Shown here piece by piece: positions 33,458 through 47,700 of a stretch of 64,000 nt of DNA. Position 1 is the stretch's first letter. Every line of letters starts with the position of its first letter. The DNA lies in contig CP158635.1 of the NCBI GenBank assembly GCA_050273025.1, forward strand, positions 20,894,001-20,958,000, read 5' to 3'. Origin of the DNA: Cenococcum geophilum. Taxonomy: Eukaryota. The notes under the pieces are model-generated. The model saw only the letters and a list, made by a program, of their open reading frames with translations, searched no databases and was not told the origin of the DNA. Made by a program: the position numbers and the translations under genes.

Positions 33458-36070
33458 GTATGACTAGGGGCTTACAGTTCGCGGGGGTTACAGAAAAGTT
33501 AAACGGGGTCACCAATGGGGGTCGGCGAAAGCTAAATGGGGTCACCGATGGAGCGCCGGAAAAGGTCGGCGGTACTACACTTTTAGCCATATAGAACGCG
33601 CATTAGTAGCTATAATTTACCTTAGCGACCGTATGCACTAAATATATAGTGTATATACTAAGTATATGCATATATATAACTATAAAATACATATATTAAA
33701 CGGCTTATTAGTGGACGTATATATTAAGTATATGCTTAGCATATATAGATAATATAGTATACCCTACCTTTTTAGAATAGTAAGTCTATATATTATATAT
33801 GCTAAGTTTATATATATACCTATAAGAATATATTATAGTAGTTAAATAGCTTTTTAGGAAGTATATATAATATATTAGTGGTGTATATACTTAGTATATG
33901 TGTTAGCGACTTAGTTAATTCAAGGCACGAGCACGGTAAGAGGGACGCGCAAGCCTATACAAATGGTAGTCTATAAATAAGGATTTAAAGCTAGAGAAAG
34001 AAGAGGAGACGGAGGGTGGCGCCGCTTAATGTTATATACAATCCGTTAGTTATATAATAGCAACTATTTAAAACTGTGTAAAACTGTCTATAACTATCTA
34101 CAACTATCTATAACTATCTGCAACTGTCCGCTATAATCCACTATTATCTACTAGCCGCAATCCACCAGTTTCTACTAGTGCCGTAATATTACCCCCCCCC
34201 TCTAAAAAAGCCTACCCTCAGGCTTTATACGTCCATATTATATCTATAAAGTATTCTTATCTTTATACTTAATAGGCAGCTTATTATCTTTACTATTCTA
34301 GTATTTTATCTACTCGTTAAGGTACTTTAGGGGTCTGGGTTTATTAGGGTAACAACTATAGAATTTTTAAAGCTTATGGAGACTACCTATAAAGTTCTAT
34401 ATAGGGTACTAAGTAGGGTTTAGGTCGTACCCTTTCTAACTAATATAATATTTTAATATTCCCCTTATAAGCTTACAGGCTAGTATTTCTTTAATTTCCT
34501 ATTTATTGTCGCCATTAATTTAAATCGGTAGGGGAGGTTTATTCTTTTATTTAGGTAATAGGTTATTTATAGCTTTCTATAGTTTATCTAGAGAGAAAAT
34601 AGGGTAAACTTTAATTAAATTTAGAAGCTTTACTTTATACGCGTTGCCTATCTTTTTAAGAACCTTATATAGTCCTACTATCTAATAGTCTAGCTTACGG
34701 CTAGGTCGTTCTATTTTTTAGTTCTTTATTATAACCTAGACTATATCTTCTACGGCAAAGTTAGGCTCTCGCCTATGCTTATTCGCCTATTATTATATTA
34801 ACTTTTAGGCCTTTTCTAGATTTATACGGGCTACCGTCTAGGCTTCTTCTAAGCGCTTAGTGTACTGCTGTGCTTCCTTATAAGATAGTTTTTTGTGTAC
34901 GGTCTGGGGTCCTTTTAGTCTTTCCTAGTTAAAGCTTATATAGGGTAAGTAACCTATTTCCAGTTAAATAGGGGCAAATCCTGTGGAGTTGTGGGGTAGG
35001 TTTGCTTGGGTATAGTTTATTAGGGGTAGTAGTTTAGCCTAGTTATCTTAAAAGTAGTTAATAAAGGGCCGAAGTCTCTAATCTAAGTATTGATTTATAA
35101 TTTCCGTCTAACTATCTATCTAGGGGTAATATATGGTAGAAAGCTTTAGCTTAATACCTAAAATCTAGGTAAACTTATTCCAGAATGCTAATATAAATTG
35201 CGGTTTGTAATCGGATATAATAGTATCTAGTAGTCCGTAGATTTAGTAAATGTAGTAGATATATAGTTGGGCCGCTTCTTTAGTATTAATATTTTTATAA
35301 TATAGGATTAAGGCGCTTGCTAAAGTAGTTAACTAAAATTATAACTATATCGTATCTGTTATGGTTTGTAGATAGCTTATAAAAGTCTATAAAGATATAT
35401 TACTAAGGGCGTTCTAGTATTAGAAGTAGTTTTAATAGTCCTAGGGTCTTATTTTATATGATTATAAATCTACGGCAGCTATTGCAGTTCCGTATATAGC
35501 GGTTAATATCTATAACTATTCTAGGCTAGTAGTAGCGGTTACTAATAATCTTACGGGACTTATTTTTTCTAAGGTAAGCTATAAAGACCTAGATATAAGC
35601 TTTAGCAATAAGCTAGGTCCGTAAGTTTTATTTCTTAGCTACTACTAGCCGTTCCTAGTGCTTAAGTAGTCTATTTTTAAGGGACTATAAGCTAGTAACG
35701 TTCTTTGCCTTTTTACGGTACTTCTATAGAGAGGGGGTTATTTAGTTAGCCTATAGTAGTTTATTAATAAGGTTAAGTTTAGAGGAGTTAATAGGATATA
35801 TCTTGGCGCTTAAAAAGTCTATGCTTAGTTCTGCCCATATTTAGGGGTTAAGGTATTCTAGTTATAGTAGCGTCTAGGTCTATAATAAGATCTTTACAGC
35901 CGTTTAGTTATCTAGGTCTTACTTACGCCTTATAAGAGCGTTTATACGGTTTATAGCGCCTAGTTTATATATAATTAAGAAGTTAAACTAAGATAGGGTA
36001 TCCGCCTAGTGTGCCTGCCGGGCTATAAGGGCCTTATAATCTAAAACTACCTTAATTAGATTAGGGGTCC

Positions 36071-39000
36071 TGTTACGGACGCTTTAAGTACAATATTACG
36101 ACTATTTAGAGAGGAGTTAGAAGAAGCTAGTTGGTTAATATAGGTATGGTTTAGAATGGATCCGGTAGAACTATATAACGAGGAATAGTAACTAAGTCAC
36201 GTAATGTAATCTATATAATCTGTACGATCTATATAATCTGTAATAGAGCAGATAGAGCACGCGTACCTCACGTATAAAGAGGGTTTCCTAGGAGTACGGT
36301 TATGTATTTAAAGGACCACAGTCCCTACTCTAGATAGTTCTCTCCTTATAGTAATTCTTAGAATACAATTAGAGTTAATCTATTAGGTAACCACTCTACT
36401 AGTTATTATTACGTTGTTAACTTACTTATAATACCTATACACCTAGCCCAATAACGAGCCCACCGTAGTTCTTACTATAAGGTTCCGTTACACAATTACT
36501 ACCTAGTTATGGTTTTAATAAGTTAAACAATATGCCACCAAAAGCAGCCACTATAACGCCATTAACGGCGGCAACTACTTTAAGGTCAGGAGGCGACACT
36601 AGTATAGCAAATACTAACTCGTAACAACCTATAACGGTTAAATAACTATAAGAAATAGTTAACTAGTTAATAGAGAATAATATAACGCTTAAATAAAGGA
36701 TTAATGGGATAGGAGCAGTAAAGGTTAAGTTACTATTAATTAAAAGATTCTTAGGGGAGAGATTAAAGCTTAAAGGATTCCTTACGCAAATGCACTTTAA
36801 GGTTATATAGGAAGGAGCAAAGCCGGCAATACCTATAGATTGAATAGCTTATGCGGGATTATTCCTATTAGGAAGAGCACTTAAATAGTTTAAGCCTTAC
36901 CTTATAGAAATATAGGTAAATGGAATAACAACTACTAACTAAGAGGTGCGGTTCATATTCTTAAGTTAGGAGGAATTTATAGAGCAACTTATACAAATAT
37001 TCAGAGATCTGGAGGCAGTAACTATAGCGGAAAGAAAACTCTAAAACATTATATAGCGAACCTTAGTAATTAAGTACATAATATAGTTCTAAACGCTAGC
37101 TATATAAGTTAAGTAGAATAATAAGGCGTTTATGGCACAGTATAAATAGGGACTTAAGGCTAAAGTCCAGGACGTAATTATTCTAATAAAAGATACGAAC
37201 ACCCTAAGGGAGTTAATAAATTAAGCAATAAAGATTAATAATAGGATTTACTAAAGGGAATAGACTAAGAAAGGTTAGAATAGAGTTCTACAGTTATATA
37301 AGGCGCAGAGTACGTAATAACTAAAGCTAAGTTAGAAACTATAGTATAGCGTAGACCTAATAGACCTAAGTAGCACTAAAGAAACCTATAAGAGATGGAG
37401 TAAGAAATTATAAAAACCTAGAGGTTAAGGATCTAGTAATTATAGGACTAAGGAGTAAAGGCTAAACCAGGGATTTTAGTAGCAGAAGACGTTTAGGCGG
37501 ACTCTATAGTAAAGTTAATAGTTTAAAGACGGAGCTTATATAAATTGCGGAAAATAAGGTTACTCTATAAGGGATTATAAAGATAGTTAGAGTTACTATA
37601 TAATAAAGGGAACCTAATTAGTAGAAGACATATATGTATAAAGGAATAATAGTATACTATAAGGAACAAAAGAATATTTAATTAAAAGTTTTGCGTTTTG
37701 TTATAATAACGCATGCTAAATTTATAAAAACGCTAAGTATAGCGTAAGCTATTAGCTATAAGAGCTAGAGTTAAAAGGACTTAGAGGAACTAGAGAGTTA
37801 AATAAAGAATAAAATTAACTCTATAAGCTAGATTAAGATATTATAGTAATATACGGACAATAATTAGTAATAATAATAATGGAATTAGAGTATTTATTAA
37901 TTAATAGCAATAAGGACAATAAAGGAATTAACTAGGGGTATCTAAACCTTAATAACGCAATTATAGAAGTAGAGACTAAGACCGCTATAGAGCAAGGTTT
38001 AGTAACGGGCATTATAATACCGTTAAATACAGCATCTATTACTTTATAAGACGGAAGGAGTAGTATCTAAAAGAGATTAAGCAAGCAGACAACTGCTAGT
38101 GCTAGCTTACTACTTAATAAAGGCAAAAGGCCAAAGGCTTAAGATTTTTAAAACAAGATAAGAGAGATCCAAGATTCTAAAGATAGGATAAGAATAGCTT
38201 AAGGACCTATAATAGACAACAACCGATAAAGCAGAGCAGTAGCTTAGTTTAAAGATATATAAACAAGCTTGGGATAGAGATTCCTAGAGACATAAGATTC
38301 TTAAGACGAAATAAGTAAGATTTAAGACTCTTAAGACGAGATAAGAATACTATAGACGCCTAGTTAGATTAAGGCGGGAGTAAAGCTTAAGATAAAAGCG
38401 AGCTTAGGATTAAAGAATCTAAGGGACTAAGAATTTAGAGTATAAATAAGGACACCTATAAATAAGAAGCGCGAAGCTTTATTATAGATTAGAGAATCTA
38501 TAATATAAACAGCAGTTAGACTAGGAGATAAATATATAGACTTAGAGGATTTATTAAGTAAACTAGGGGTTTAGCTTAAAGATCGAAAGTTTAATACCAA
38601 GATTAAGAAGCAGGAAGACTTTGAGGATCTACTTATAAGACGTGAAAAAAAAGAAACTATAGCAGAATTTAGAGCAAGAATTGCTATATAGTAAGAATAG
38701 AAACTAGATAAGAGATCTAGTATATTAGGACGTATAAGGGACAGAGTACCCGTACGGAAGGTTACTAATAGGCCTAAGACAGGCACACTAAGAGCTAAAT
38801 GGCTTACTAAACTAAAATAAGAAGAGGATCTAGGGATTTTAACTAGGTTTAAGGAATAACATATAAAAAGCTATTACGACGCAGTAATGGGAAGATACTT
38901 CCTTATAGACGAGTCGTACACACTTAAAGGGCTGTACTAAAAGTAGTATAGATAACGACATAACGATAAGTGGGAAGATTTCTATATATAGTTGGATAAA

Positions 39001-42000
39001 AAAGTTGTCTAGGACCACCCGATCACGGAAAAGGCTATAACTTATATTAAAGGAGCCTTAATTATAACGTTAAAAGATCTAAAGGAGCAATTAGAGGACT
39101 AGAGAAGTAAAAGGTAAATCTTAGTACCTGCAAACGAAGTTGCAACACTTAGATTAATATAAGAAAGGTTTAAACTTAAGGATAAAGACAAGCTAAGAGT
39201 TAACCTAAGACACTAAGCACATTACACGTTAGCATAGATCGTATATATAGATAATGCGTGTAATATGCATAGAGCACTAAAAGATAAGAATTGGAAATAT
39301 CTAGTAAGGATATAGTAGTTAGCAGATAAGGCGAAATACTAAAACGCTAAGTATATGCATAGTTAGCACCTAGTAGAAGTTTAAGAATAAGGGGACTTAA
39401 TACTTTAACTAGAAAGATTCCTTATAGAAGAATACCTAGACGGATAATAGTGGTATAAATGTCCTAAGAATACGTATCTATAGCATATTAAAGATAAAAA
39501 GCGAACTAAGTATTGGCCTAAGTTAGACTAAGTATAAATAGGATCTAGTGGCTAGTAGTTAGGAAAAGTAGAGGCCTATAAAACCAGAGGGAACTAGTAG
39601 TAAAGCCTTAAACCCTTAAAGGAATTTAAGGAAAATACCTAAATTTACGAGTTAAATGGCAAGATTAACAGTTTGAGGTATTAATAGATAGTAAAGCAAT
39701 AAGGAACTATATCTTACTAGTAGCAGTTAAAAGAATAGGGTTACCGCATAGGAAAAAGGAATGTCCTTATTTATTAGTAATAATTTTAGGAGATCTAATA
39801 GCCTATGGAGGAGGTATTATTAATCTTAAAACAGGACCTATTTAGTTAACTATTAAAGGGAGATAAATTGAGATGTCTTTTAATATATTACTATTAGGGA
39901 ATAATAAGGTAGTATTAGGAATGCCTTAGTTATAGGAATATAATTTAAAGATTAATTGGGTTATAGGTTAGGTCAATATTAAGGATACTTAACGCCGTAA
40001 GATGTAATAATAAGCCAAAATAGTATGGTACTAAGTAGGAGCGACCTACGAGAAAATAGAAAAAGGGCTAAGCTATGTACTAAAGAGATACCACAAGTAT
40101 AGCAAGAAACTATAGTTATTAGAAAGTAAAAAGCTATTAGAGTATACAGTATAGGACTATAGGATAGAATTAGAACTAGAAATAAGTCTAAGGTTCTTTC
40201 CAATCTATAAGCTTATTAAAGAAGAAGGTAGAGCATTAAAAGAGTTTATCTAAGAGAACTTATAAAAGGGATATATTAGACTATTGTAATTATTAGCGGG
40301 TTATCTAATACTGTTTGTACTAAAGCAGAATAATAAATTAAGGCTGTATATTAACTATAGATAGTTAAATAGCATTACTAGAAAGGATAGGTATCCTTTA
40401 CCCTTAATTAGCAAAATCTAAGATAGGATAGGTAATGCGTAAATCTTTATAAAGATAGATCTAAGATAGGCGTACCATTAGATTAGAATTAAGGAAGGTA
40501 ATAAATAGAAGGCAGCCTTTAGGTTAAAGAAAGGACTATATAAACCATTAGTTATACAATTTAGGCTTATAAACGTACTAGTAATATTCTAGAAGTGAAT
40601 TAATAATATATTAGGAGAACACTTAGATAAATTTGTTATAGTATATCTTAACGATATTATTATCTATTTAATAACTAAGGAAGAATATAGAGAGTACGTT
40701 AAATGGGTTTTAAAGAGACTATAAGAAGAATAGATGCTAGTAGCAATTAAGAAATGCAAGTTCTTTACTAGGAAGACTAATTTCATTAGATTTATTATTA
40801 AACTAGGCTAACTTAGTATAGATCTAAAGAAGATTGAGGCTATAGTAAATTAGTAAGAACTAGAGAACGTTACGCAGTTAAGATTGTTTTTAGGGTTTTG
40901 CAATTACTATAGAAGGTTTATAGCGCAATAGTTAAAGGATATTAAGCTATTTATACGGTTAATAAAGAAAGAAAAACTATAGGTATAGGGAGAAGAGTAA
41001 TAAGAACTGTTTAAGAAAGTTAAAAGGTTATTTACCTAGGAACTAGTTCTTAAAATCTATTAACTAGGTCTAAAGACGGTTATAAAAATAGATGTATTAG
41101 ACTTTGCACTAGGGGTATACTTTATATAGAAATATTTAGATAGATGGCACCTAGTAGCATACTATAGTTAAAAAATAACACTACTAGAGTTAAACTATAA
41201 TATCTATAACAAGGAGTTATTAGGGATAGTTATAGCATTAAAGAAATAGAGGGCATTCTTATAAGGCATAGAAAAACTATTTATAGTTAAGATAGATTAT
41301 AAGAACCTAACAGGATTCCTAATAATAAAGGAACTTAATTAAAGATAGGTTAAATAGGTAGAGATACTTATAGAATACTATTTCGAGATTTAGTATACTA
41401 AGGGTATAAATAACACGCGGGCTGATACGTTAAGTTAAAAGGCTAAACTATAAAATAATAAAAAGCTATTAAGGGCTTTACTGCGAAGAGATATAGATAG
41501 GTTAATTAGATACAATTATCTAAAAATTATAGTAACTTAAGAAAATAAGTTAGAGAAAGTTTATAAGTTACTAAAAAGCTTTTAGGTATAAAGAATTCTA
41601 GAAGTATAGCTAGAAGACCTATAAACGGATATATATAAAAACTAAGAAGTAAAGTATATCCTAAAAAGTATAGCAGAGCACTTTATAGAAGATTTCTATA
41701 AGGGATTAACTTAAGGACATAATAAAGCCACGGGATTAGTGTTAAGACTCTAAGAGGAGTATATTATTAACGGAATCTAAAAAATAGCTAGGAAGGTTAC
41801 TAGAGAGTATCTAGATTATTAGAGAAATAAACTAATAAGGCATAAGCTATATAGAGGGCTATAACCTATTAAAATACCAGAGAGACTATAGGAGGTCATA
41901 TTATAGGACTTTATTATTAAGTTGCTAAAGTTAAGAGATTCTATTACCGGATAAGATTATAACGTAATCTTAGTAATAGTAAATAAGCTTATAAAGTAGG

Positions 42001-44106
42001 GATACTTTATAGCGTATATAGAAGAAATCTTAGCGAAAGATGTCGCTAAAATCTATATTAAAGAAGTATTTATAAGACATAGAGCACTAAGCAAAATTAT
42101 ATTAGATAGAGATCTAAGATTTATAGTAGTATTTTAGGAGGTATTCTTAGTAGAGCAAGGAGTTAGAGCAGTAACTTCTACTATATATTATTGGCAAACA
42201 GACGGTTAAATAGAAAGATTAAATTAGACACTAGAGCAGTATTTAAGATACTATATTAATTACGCATAGAATAATTAGGTATTATTATTACTAGTTATAT
42301 AGTTTATATATAATATAATACCTTAAGAAGGAATAGGCACTTTACTATTTAAGGCGAATTATAGATATAAGCTAAGGACATTATTATTACCATATTAAGT
42401 AAAGAAGATAAATAGTATAGTAAAGTAAAGAATGGAGATATTAATAAATCTTTATAAGAACCTTACGGAAATAGCAAAAGTAGTATAATAAAGGATAAAA
42501 AGGTACTATAATGCTAAGAGATCTAAGGGACTAGATCTTAAGGAGGGAGATAAAGTATAGCTACTATATAAAAATTTTAAGAGTCGATAACTAAGTAAGA
42601 AGTTAAACTATGTTAGACTAGGACCTTTTAAAATTACGTAAAGGATTTTACTAGTTATATTTAAGTTAAACCTACTAGCCAAAATAAAAATCTACCCTAT
42701 ATAGTATATCGCAATACTAGAGCCAGTATATAGAGATATTAAGCCACTAATTTACGAAGTAAATATATATAGAAGGCGAGAAGAAGACAAATAGTAAGTT
42801 TTAAAGATTGTTAGTTATAAGGACGTAGATAATAAAATATAGTACAAAATAAAGTAAATAGGCTACGATAAGACTACCTAGGAACCACTAGAAAATTTAA
42901 AGAACGCTATAGGAAAGGTATAGGAGTATTAGAAGAGAATAGGTTAGGCAACATTAATAAGGAAGAATCGCCAAAGAATAAGTTACCTAAGGGGGACCTA
43001 GGAAGAGCAACTACTAAACTACTTAAAGCTATTCCCTTTATAGGTAGAGAGTTAGTTCTCTTATTACTAAGTTCCTATAGACCTTATTTTATAAGCTTTT
43101 ACTTCTTAAAACGAACCTTCTTATAAACCTGTTTAAGACGTAAAAGATAAGTAGAGGCTAGGAGACAAGTCTTAAGGGCACGCTATTAAGCAGCCGCAGC
43201 CTCCTATTCTACCTCTTGCGATTAATATAATTTATTAAAAGCGCTTAAGAGCTTACTATTAAGCTTCGCAGTAGTAGATTAAATATAAAACCCTATAATA
43301 AATTACTTAGGGAACTTAGAGACTATTAAGAGTTATAGGATATATATACTTAGCGTTAGAAACAGAGCGAACGTTACAGGACAAATAAATATTCGCTTTA
43401 GTGCACTTTAAATAAAAGGAAGGTTACTAAAATAAAGGACTCGCTAGCGCAACGTAAACTAACCCCTTTTTTGCATAACGAGAACATAAAGATAATATTA
43501 TTTCACCCAGCGATAGTATAGCAGCAATAGTGCGAGCACATTAAACTATAAAAGAAAGAGAAATTACTTTAGGTATAATAAGTAACAATATTAACCAAAT
43601 TAATTAGATAAATATTATACCTCTAGTAAATAACTTAGAGATATTTAGAATCTTTAAGGATAAAGATAAAGAGGAGGGAGATGGTGTTATAGACGCTTTA
43701 AGTATAATATTATAACTACTTAAAGAGCAGTTAGAAGAAGCTAGTTGGTTAATATAGGTATAGTCTAGAATAGATCTGGTAAAACTATATAATAAGAAAT
43801 AGTAACTAAGTTATGTAATATAATCTATATAATCTATATAATCTATATAATCTATAATAAAGTAGATAGAGCACACGTACTTTATATATAAGGAGGGTTT
43901 CCTAGGAGTACGGTTATATATTTAAAGAACCACAGTCCCTACTCTAGATAGTTCTTTCCTTATAGTGATTCTCAGAATATAATTAAAGTTAATCTATTAG
44001 GCAACCACTCTACCAGTTATTATTACGTTGTTAACTTACTTGCAATACCTATACACCTAGCCCAATAACGAGCCCACCGTAGTTCTTACTACAAGGTTCC
44101 GTTATA
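36071..44106 (+). mobile_element. Full-length Ty3/Gypsy family A, copy 2 (LTRs 36071-36492, 43685-44106)
   Basis: 422-bp LTRs and TSD ggtcc (36066-70 / 44107-11). Gag ATG 36532, knuckle (C)xNCGK(Q)G(H)xxRD(C) ~37535, protease VLIDS(G)A ~39680, RT YLNDI (YLDD) ~40645, integrase and chromodomain. Confidence 0.95.
42985..43576 (-). pseudogene. Antisense Zn2Cys6-like plus coiled-coil gene inside Gypsy family A 3' region (copy 2)
   Basis: Reads ..ARTIAAILSLGEI..CSR(C)AKKGLV(C)VALASP......(C).KCTKANI.LSCNVRSVS, then a putative intron ~43347-43293 and a helical A/E/Q/R-rich segment. Confidence 0.62.
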
Positions 44107-44797
44107 GGTCCCCTTTAGCTATATACGCTAGTGCTAAAAGCTAGAGATAATAGCCAGCATTTCTTTATTATAGATATGGTAGTTTAGCTTAGCATTTATT
44201 ATAGTCTTTAAATAGTATATAATAGGGTGCTATTCTCTGTCTAGTTGCTTCTAGGAAAAAATACTAGCTATTACGCTATTTAAGGCATTAGTTTCTAGTA
44301 TTAAGGGCTGTTTTAGGTTAAAATAAGTAAATAGGGGAGCCGATACTAGCCGTTTCTTAAGCTTATTAAAGGCCTGCCTATATATAGCGTTAAAGTAAAA
44401 GGGTTAGTCTTTTCTAGTAAGACGGTTAAGAGGCCGGGTGATTCTACTATAGTTTTTAATAAAGTGTTAGTAGAAGTTATAAAACCCTAAAAATAATTAT
44501 ACCCCCTTTACGGTCCGTGGGGGTGCCTACTAGTTAATTACGGCCGTCTTCTTTAGGTTAGTTTTAATTCCGTTTATACTAATAATAAAACCTAGGTACT
44601 TTATACGCTTAATACTAAACTTTAACTTCTTAATGTTAACCTAGAGGCTAGCCTTGCGGAGCTGTTATAGGACTTTATAGACGTGCTTCTTATATTCTAG
44701 CTTATTCTTAGAGTAGATTATAATATTATTTAAATAAGCTGTATAAAAGTCGTTAAGGTAGTTAAAGAGTATATTATTTATATACCGCTAATATATA

Positions 44798-47700
44798 ATA
44801 ATAATAATTCATTGCTTAACATCCGATTTGGATCCCTATTAGGCCCACGCGGATTACTCCTTATTTATATATAGGGAGAAAACTTAACTTAAGAAAGACT
44901 TAACTTGAGAAAACCCCGTAATCTATCTCCCCGCCTCTTGGGACTCGCCTATAAGGCGCCTGCGAGGCGCCTACGAGTCACCTATAGTGCTCCTACTATT
45001 TTACTTTTTGACCTCCTTGAGAACCACTGCTGCCGTAACTAGCTTACGGACGCGCTAGTATTATATACTTTACTCTGCTACTATAGAGTCATTAAGGGGC
45101 GCCCGTTACTCGCCCCCCCACCCTTTATTATTATTTCCTTTGTAACCTAGAACTAGTTTAGTATATTTTAGCTAATAAGCTACTAGGTAACCGCCTTAAG
45201 GCCTTTTTATATTAAGAGCAGTATCTTATAGTTCTCTATACTAGCTACTAAGAGTATTACTTCTTAGTTAGTGCGTAAGGGGCATAATAGTATTATATGT
45301 TTTAGTTTCTATCTTAGCTAGCCATATTCGCATCTTAGGCTACCTACTAGGACACCCACCTAGTAGAGCCAGTCTTTTAGTCCTATTATTCCTGTTTTTA
45401 AAAGCGTTGCTATTATATTTTCTGCCTTCGTTAGGCCTTCTTGGAGCCCTAGGGTGTTTACCCCCTATAGCGTTAACTATACTACGGCTTGGGTTTCTCT
45501 TGCCTTAGTTAGCCTCTGTACCTTTAACTCCTATACGCCTCTTTAGCATTGGTTCAGCCAGTATTATATTACAGTAGATAGTCCCCTAGCGTTCTTTTAT
45601 GCTCTACTTTAGCTCCTTTCTCTCTTTTACTATTGTTCTTACTAGCCTCTTACGCGTCTCCCTTTCTCCTCTATATAGGCTTAGGCCCTAAAGCAGCACT
45701 ATTTTTCTTCTACTTTCTTTACCTATTTCTTTAATATATCTTCCCTACTTTAGGGTTATTAGTTTATTCTCCTATAAGGCGCCCTAAGATCCCTCCATAG
45801 TTTATTTAGGCATGTCTTAATATACTTTATAATATTAGAGTTACGTTCCTTTTATATCCTTTATATTATAGCGGCTTTAATATATAGTTATAGGGGGGGA
45901 ATATTAGCTTCCTTCTTAAGTAGAGCTGTGGCCGTTCGCTTATATCCGCCTATTATACTCTAAAGGCAGGCTGTTTAGACCTTTTAGAGTGGTTTAAGGA
46001 GCGATTTAGGGGGGCCTTTCTTAGATTCTCTAATGGCCTAGATACTAGACCTATACATTATAGTTAGCCGGATAACTACTATATATAGTAGGCGTGACCT
46101 CTAGAAGTATAAACCCTATATAAAATTAACAATCCTAGATAATGTAATATACTATACTTAGCCCTTATAGGCCGCTTACGCCGCATATACGCTCTACCGG
46201 AGCTTACTATCTACCTATACTCCTAATACTCTTAGGCCCTAAACTGGTTAACCCCTAAAGCCTCAGATGCGAATTATATGCTAAAAATCTGCAGATTAGT
46301 TACGTTTTCTTATAAAATAGATTAGCTGGTATTTCTCTAGTAAGAATTGGACTCTATATCGTCTTACCTATTTTATATAGGTATTATATACTTTCTCTAG
46401 TGTTCTACAATTCTCTACGGCTGTTGGCCTATATATAATTAGGTTTATATTATTAATAAAGCCTATCCCCTAGGTCGCCCCTTCCTTAAAGGAGTTAAGT
46501 AGGTTGCTTATAAAGAAAAGGAAGAGTATAGGCAAGAGGGGTAATCCTTATAGTATTCCTGTTGCAACTATAATAGGGGGGCTTTAGTATCCGCTAAAGA
46601 CTAGTAATATTTCTTTTTAACCCGTAAACCCTTAAACAAATTATATAATCTATTCTAGGAAGCCTTTTACCCTAAGGATATATAGGAGACGCTTATAGGG
46701 TATATTATTATAGGCGCCACTAATATCTAGGCTAAGCATTAATACTATAAAGTCCCTTTGCATCGCCTATGCAGATTTAATAGTAGTAGTAAGTAGCGTA
46801 AGTGCTAATAGTGTTAAGCGGTTCTTTCTTGCCCCTATTTAGCTTTGTGGTAATAGGGCGTGTTCCTTAGCTATATCTACTATACGGTCTACTATTACCC
46901 TTTCTAAGATCTTGCTAAGGGTATTCTCTAAGGCAATAGGGCGGTAGCTTCCTAGGAGTAAGTAGTCTATTTTACCTTCTTTACGTAGGATAAACGTTGT
47001 TATAGCTCTTCTAAGTCTTGGGTAGTAGCCTATTATAAAGTATACTTTAGCTATATCCGTAAGCTAAGGTGCTATTAGTGGTCCGTAGGTCTTTAGGGCT
47101 TTATTTAGGATCCTATCTGGTCCTAGTGCTATATTATTTAAAAGGCGGCTAATAGTTTTAGCCATTTCTTCGGTTGTTATATTACTGTTAACCCTTAGGC
47201 GAGTTATTAGTGCTTCGCCTATAATATCGCTGAGGTCTACTAAAGCTGGTTAAGGGAAAAATCTTTCTATAAGGATCTTTGCCTTCTTATTATTGTTGCT
47301 TATGGCTAGTAATTTACCTAGTCTTTATAGGGGCGGAAGGTGTAGGTCTTCTACTAGACGTCCCACCTTTTTTTTTACTTATTTTGCTATCCTCTAAAGA
47401 CCTTTATTATAGGGGAGGCTCGGGTTAATAGTATACTTATTTATAAACTGTCTCCAGCTATTCCTTACTTCTTTTTTTAGGGTATTCTTTAGCTAGTTTC
47501 TTATGTCTTTATATTGTCTCTCGTCTTTAGGATTATAGCTGCTTATATATTTTCTTCTTGCTCGTCGTTAGCTGGTGATAAGAATTGCGCATTATGCGGA
47601 CTATGTGTATCGCGCGTAGGGGCCCGGTTTTAAGACCGGGCAGTACTCTTTTAGCCCGTTTTTAATTGCTACCTAGATCCTTTCTAGTCTTTAGTTGATT

